From the IMG/VR virus record IMGVR_UViG_3300045988_122538: a stretch of 64,000 nucleotides of DNA; one strand, written 5' to 3'. Shown piece by piece: positions 63,585 through 64,000 of this stretch. This stretch comes from a virus. The first letter of the stretch is position 1; every line of letters begins with the position of its first letter. Under the pieces are notes generated by a model that was not told the DNA's origin, searched no databases, and saw only the letters and a list, made by a program, of their open reading frames with translations. The position numbers and the translations under genes are program-made.

Positions 63585-64000
63585 ATGTCTATCAATCTTA
63601 TAGGCGAAGATATAAAACTTATGAGAGCTAGATACAATGAAGCTCTCGAAATGCAAGGAATACCTTGTAAGTATCAATTTCCTAATATGGCTACTACAAA
63701 TGAACAAGGAGAACCTCTAGTAGACAGTTATTCTGATATGATTGATACTCATATATTCTTTGAAGGGTCTCCTAAAGTAAAAACATTCAAGCGTTTAGGT
63801 TGGGTAGTTGAAAATGATAAGGACTTACCGTTCTTGCTCCATTGTAGTTTTGATTTGCCTAACTTACAAAAAGATAGTCTATTTCATATGTCAGGTCAAT
63901 ACACAGGTATGCCTGATAGAACATTCAGAGTAACTGAGCTCACATGCGATTTTCAAGCACCTGATCATATGATTGCACAAGTAGTGCCTGTATATGATAA
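63585..64000 (+). CDS. Hypothetical protein, 3'-truncated by the window end
   Basis: Open frame from the ATG at 63585 (MSINLIGEDIKLMRARYNEALEMQGIPCKYQF...) to the last base, checked by hand with no stop. RBS GAGTGGTGA upstream. Confidence 0.5.
   Translation, partial: MSINLIGEDIKLMRARYNEALEMQGIPCKYQFPNMATTNEQGEPLVDSYSDMIDTHIFFEGSPKVKTFKRLGWVVENDKDLPFLLHCSFDLPNLQKDSLFHMSGQYTGMPDRTFRVTELTCDFQAPDHMIAQVVPVYD

Noticed and set aside
1-64000. Lysogeny, mobile-element or defence-system genes: integrase, repressor, transposase, toxin-antitoxin, CRISPR-Cas, retron RT
   Set aside because: No recombinase, transposase or reverse-transcriptase motifs were seen in any ORF of the window. Absence within 64 kb does not exclude them elsewhere in the genome.

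Overview
The window looks like part of a large, AT-rich, tailed dsDNA phage genome. No integrase or repressor is visible. Genes are tightly packed and all but one are on the + strand. Strong AGGAGG-type ribosome-binding sites, sigma-A-like promoters and an anaerobic ribonucleotide reductase suggest, by inference only, a low-GC Gram-positive anaerobe as host.

Layout, left to right:
- 1-20: tRNA 3' end cut by the window edge.
- 86-4677: nucleotide and DNA enzymes (NrdD, NAD-dependent ligase).
- 5.3-9.9 kb: island of very small Cys-rich / zinc-ribbon proteins. It includes a tandem triplicated family and two Lar-like restriction-alleviation proteins.
- 9887-10876: ThyX.
- 11-18.4 kb: collagen-like tail-fibre module.
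- 21.0-25.4 kb: complete 7-deazaguanine (preQ0/preQ1) precursor module. Gene order is a YhhQ-type transporter behind a preQ1-riboswitch-like pseudoknot, an SDR, then QueF, QueC, QueD, QueE and FolE.
- 25.5-29.6 kb: singleton genes, including an orphan ClpX-like ATPase and a DUF932 protein.
- 29655-30434: the only minus-strand gene, sigma-factor-like.
- 30.4-31.2 kb: about 800 bp of non-coding sequence with iterons, an AT-rich tract, a consensus promoter and a large three-way-junction RNA/terminator element.
- 31.2-52.7 kb: replication and recombination module. It contains a degenerate DnaC-like loader, DnaB, RNase H, primase, dCMP deaminase, a DEDD exonuclease, a DHH phosphoesterase, a second sigma-like protein, an SSB-like protein, a family A polymerase, a beta-clamp-like protein, a Cas4-like nuclease, DnaX, RecA, an Hjc-like resolvase, delta/delta'-like proteins and a DpdA-like transglycosylase candidate.
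- 57.3-62.4 kb: packaging genes (TerL, an apparently catalytically dead LigA paralogue, a putative portal).

Two recurrent regulatory sequence classes are visible. One is canonical TTGACT-17-TATAAT promoters, two of which sit in near-identical cassettes of about 100 bp. The other is the motif GA(A/T)TCGTTAT(A/T), found about 12 times and almost only in intergenic gaps.

All functional calls rest on motifs read by eye from the supplied translations. No database search was run.
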